A stretch of DNA of 64,000 nt from Nematostella vectensis (Eukaryota). Shown piece after piece: positions 63,640 through 64,000 of the stretch. The translations under genes were made by a program, and so were the position numbers. Position 1 is the first letter of the stretch, and every line of letters starts with the position of its first letter. The stretch is from the NCBI RefSeq assembly GCF_932526225.1, contig NC_064047.1, positions 1,753,027-1,817,026 on the forward strand, given 5' to 3'. Below the pieces are notes generated by a model, which made no database searches, was not told the DNA's origin, and was given only the letters and a program-made list of their open reading frames with translations.

Positions 63640-64000
63640 GGGTACAGTACAAGAAACACAAGGAAGAGATAGAGAAGAACCAACACCGCCCACACCACAT
63701 TCCTATAGTGCAGAAGACAAATGAGGAAGACAAGGAAGAGATAGAGAAGAACCAACACCGCCCACACCACATTCCTATAGTGGAGAAGACAAATGAGGAA
63801 GACAAGGAAGAGATAGAGAAGAACCAACACCGCCCACACCACATTCCTATAGTGGAGAAGACAAATGAGGAAGACAAGGAAGAGATAGAGAAGAACCAAC
63901 ACCGCCCACACCACATTCCTATAGTGGAGAAGACAAATGAGGAAGACAAGGAAGAGATAGAGAAGAACCAACACCGCCCACACCACATTCCTATAGTGCA
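63640..64000. repeat. 72-bp tandem array (at least 5 copies, running to the window end) that copies part of DGCR6-like exon 3 in frame (EEIEKNQHRPHHIPIVEKTNEEDK)n
   Basis: The array unit equals bp about 63232-63303 of exon 3. The period is 72, a multiple of three. The array is separated from the exon by a MITE insertion. Confidence 0.9.

Overview
This window is eukaryotic, intron-rich and repeat-rich DNA, probably from a marine invertebrate-like genome; it is not prokaryotic. The supplied ORF track, which uses a bacterial-style translation table with alternative starts, is mostly uninformative here. Three quarters of the window (about 12.8 to 50.9 kb, + strand) holds a single gene that I reconstructed by hand as an orthologue of vault poly(ADP-ribose) polymerase PARP4. 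It has about 42 exons running BRCT, PARP catalytic, VIT, vWA, an acidic/Pro-rich tail and an MVP-binding-like C-terminus. Every exon junction has consensus splice sites and a consistent codon phase. Downstream on the + strand there is an intronless coiled-coil ORF with a UBAN (ABIN/NEMO-like) ubiquitin-binding motif, a 5'-truncated non-LTR retrotransposon RT with a 34-bp perfect target-site duplication, and the first three exons of a DGCR6-like gene. The introns and intergenic DNA hold several MITE families, a 4.65-kb 26-bp satellite with a 2049-bp higher-order repeat, and many minisatellites. The most unusual observations are four. (1) A frame-preserving cassette of two exons derived from the actin N-terminus is spliced in-frame into the PARP4-like C-terminal region, next to a poly-proline and WH2-like stretch. 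(2) There is a recurring pattern of minisatellites built from exon-intron junction sequence: arrays of about 40 copies carrying a duplicated splice donor or acceptor. (3) Inverted ~0.5-kb MITE copies bracket eleven PARP4 exons. (4) There is an in-frame 423-bp tandem duplication inside the Pro-rich exon. All coordinates were derived by hand from the printed sequence and may be off by 1-3 bp.
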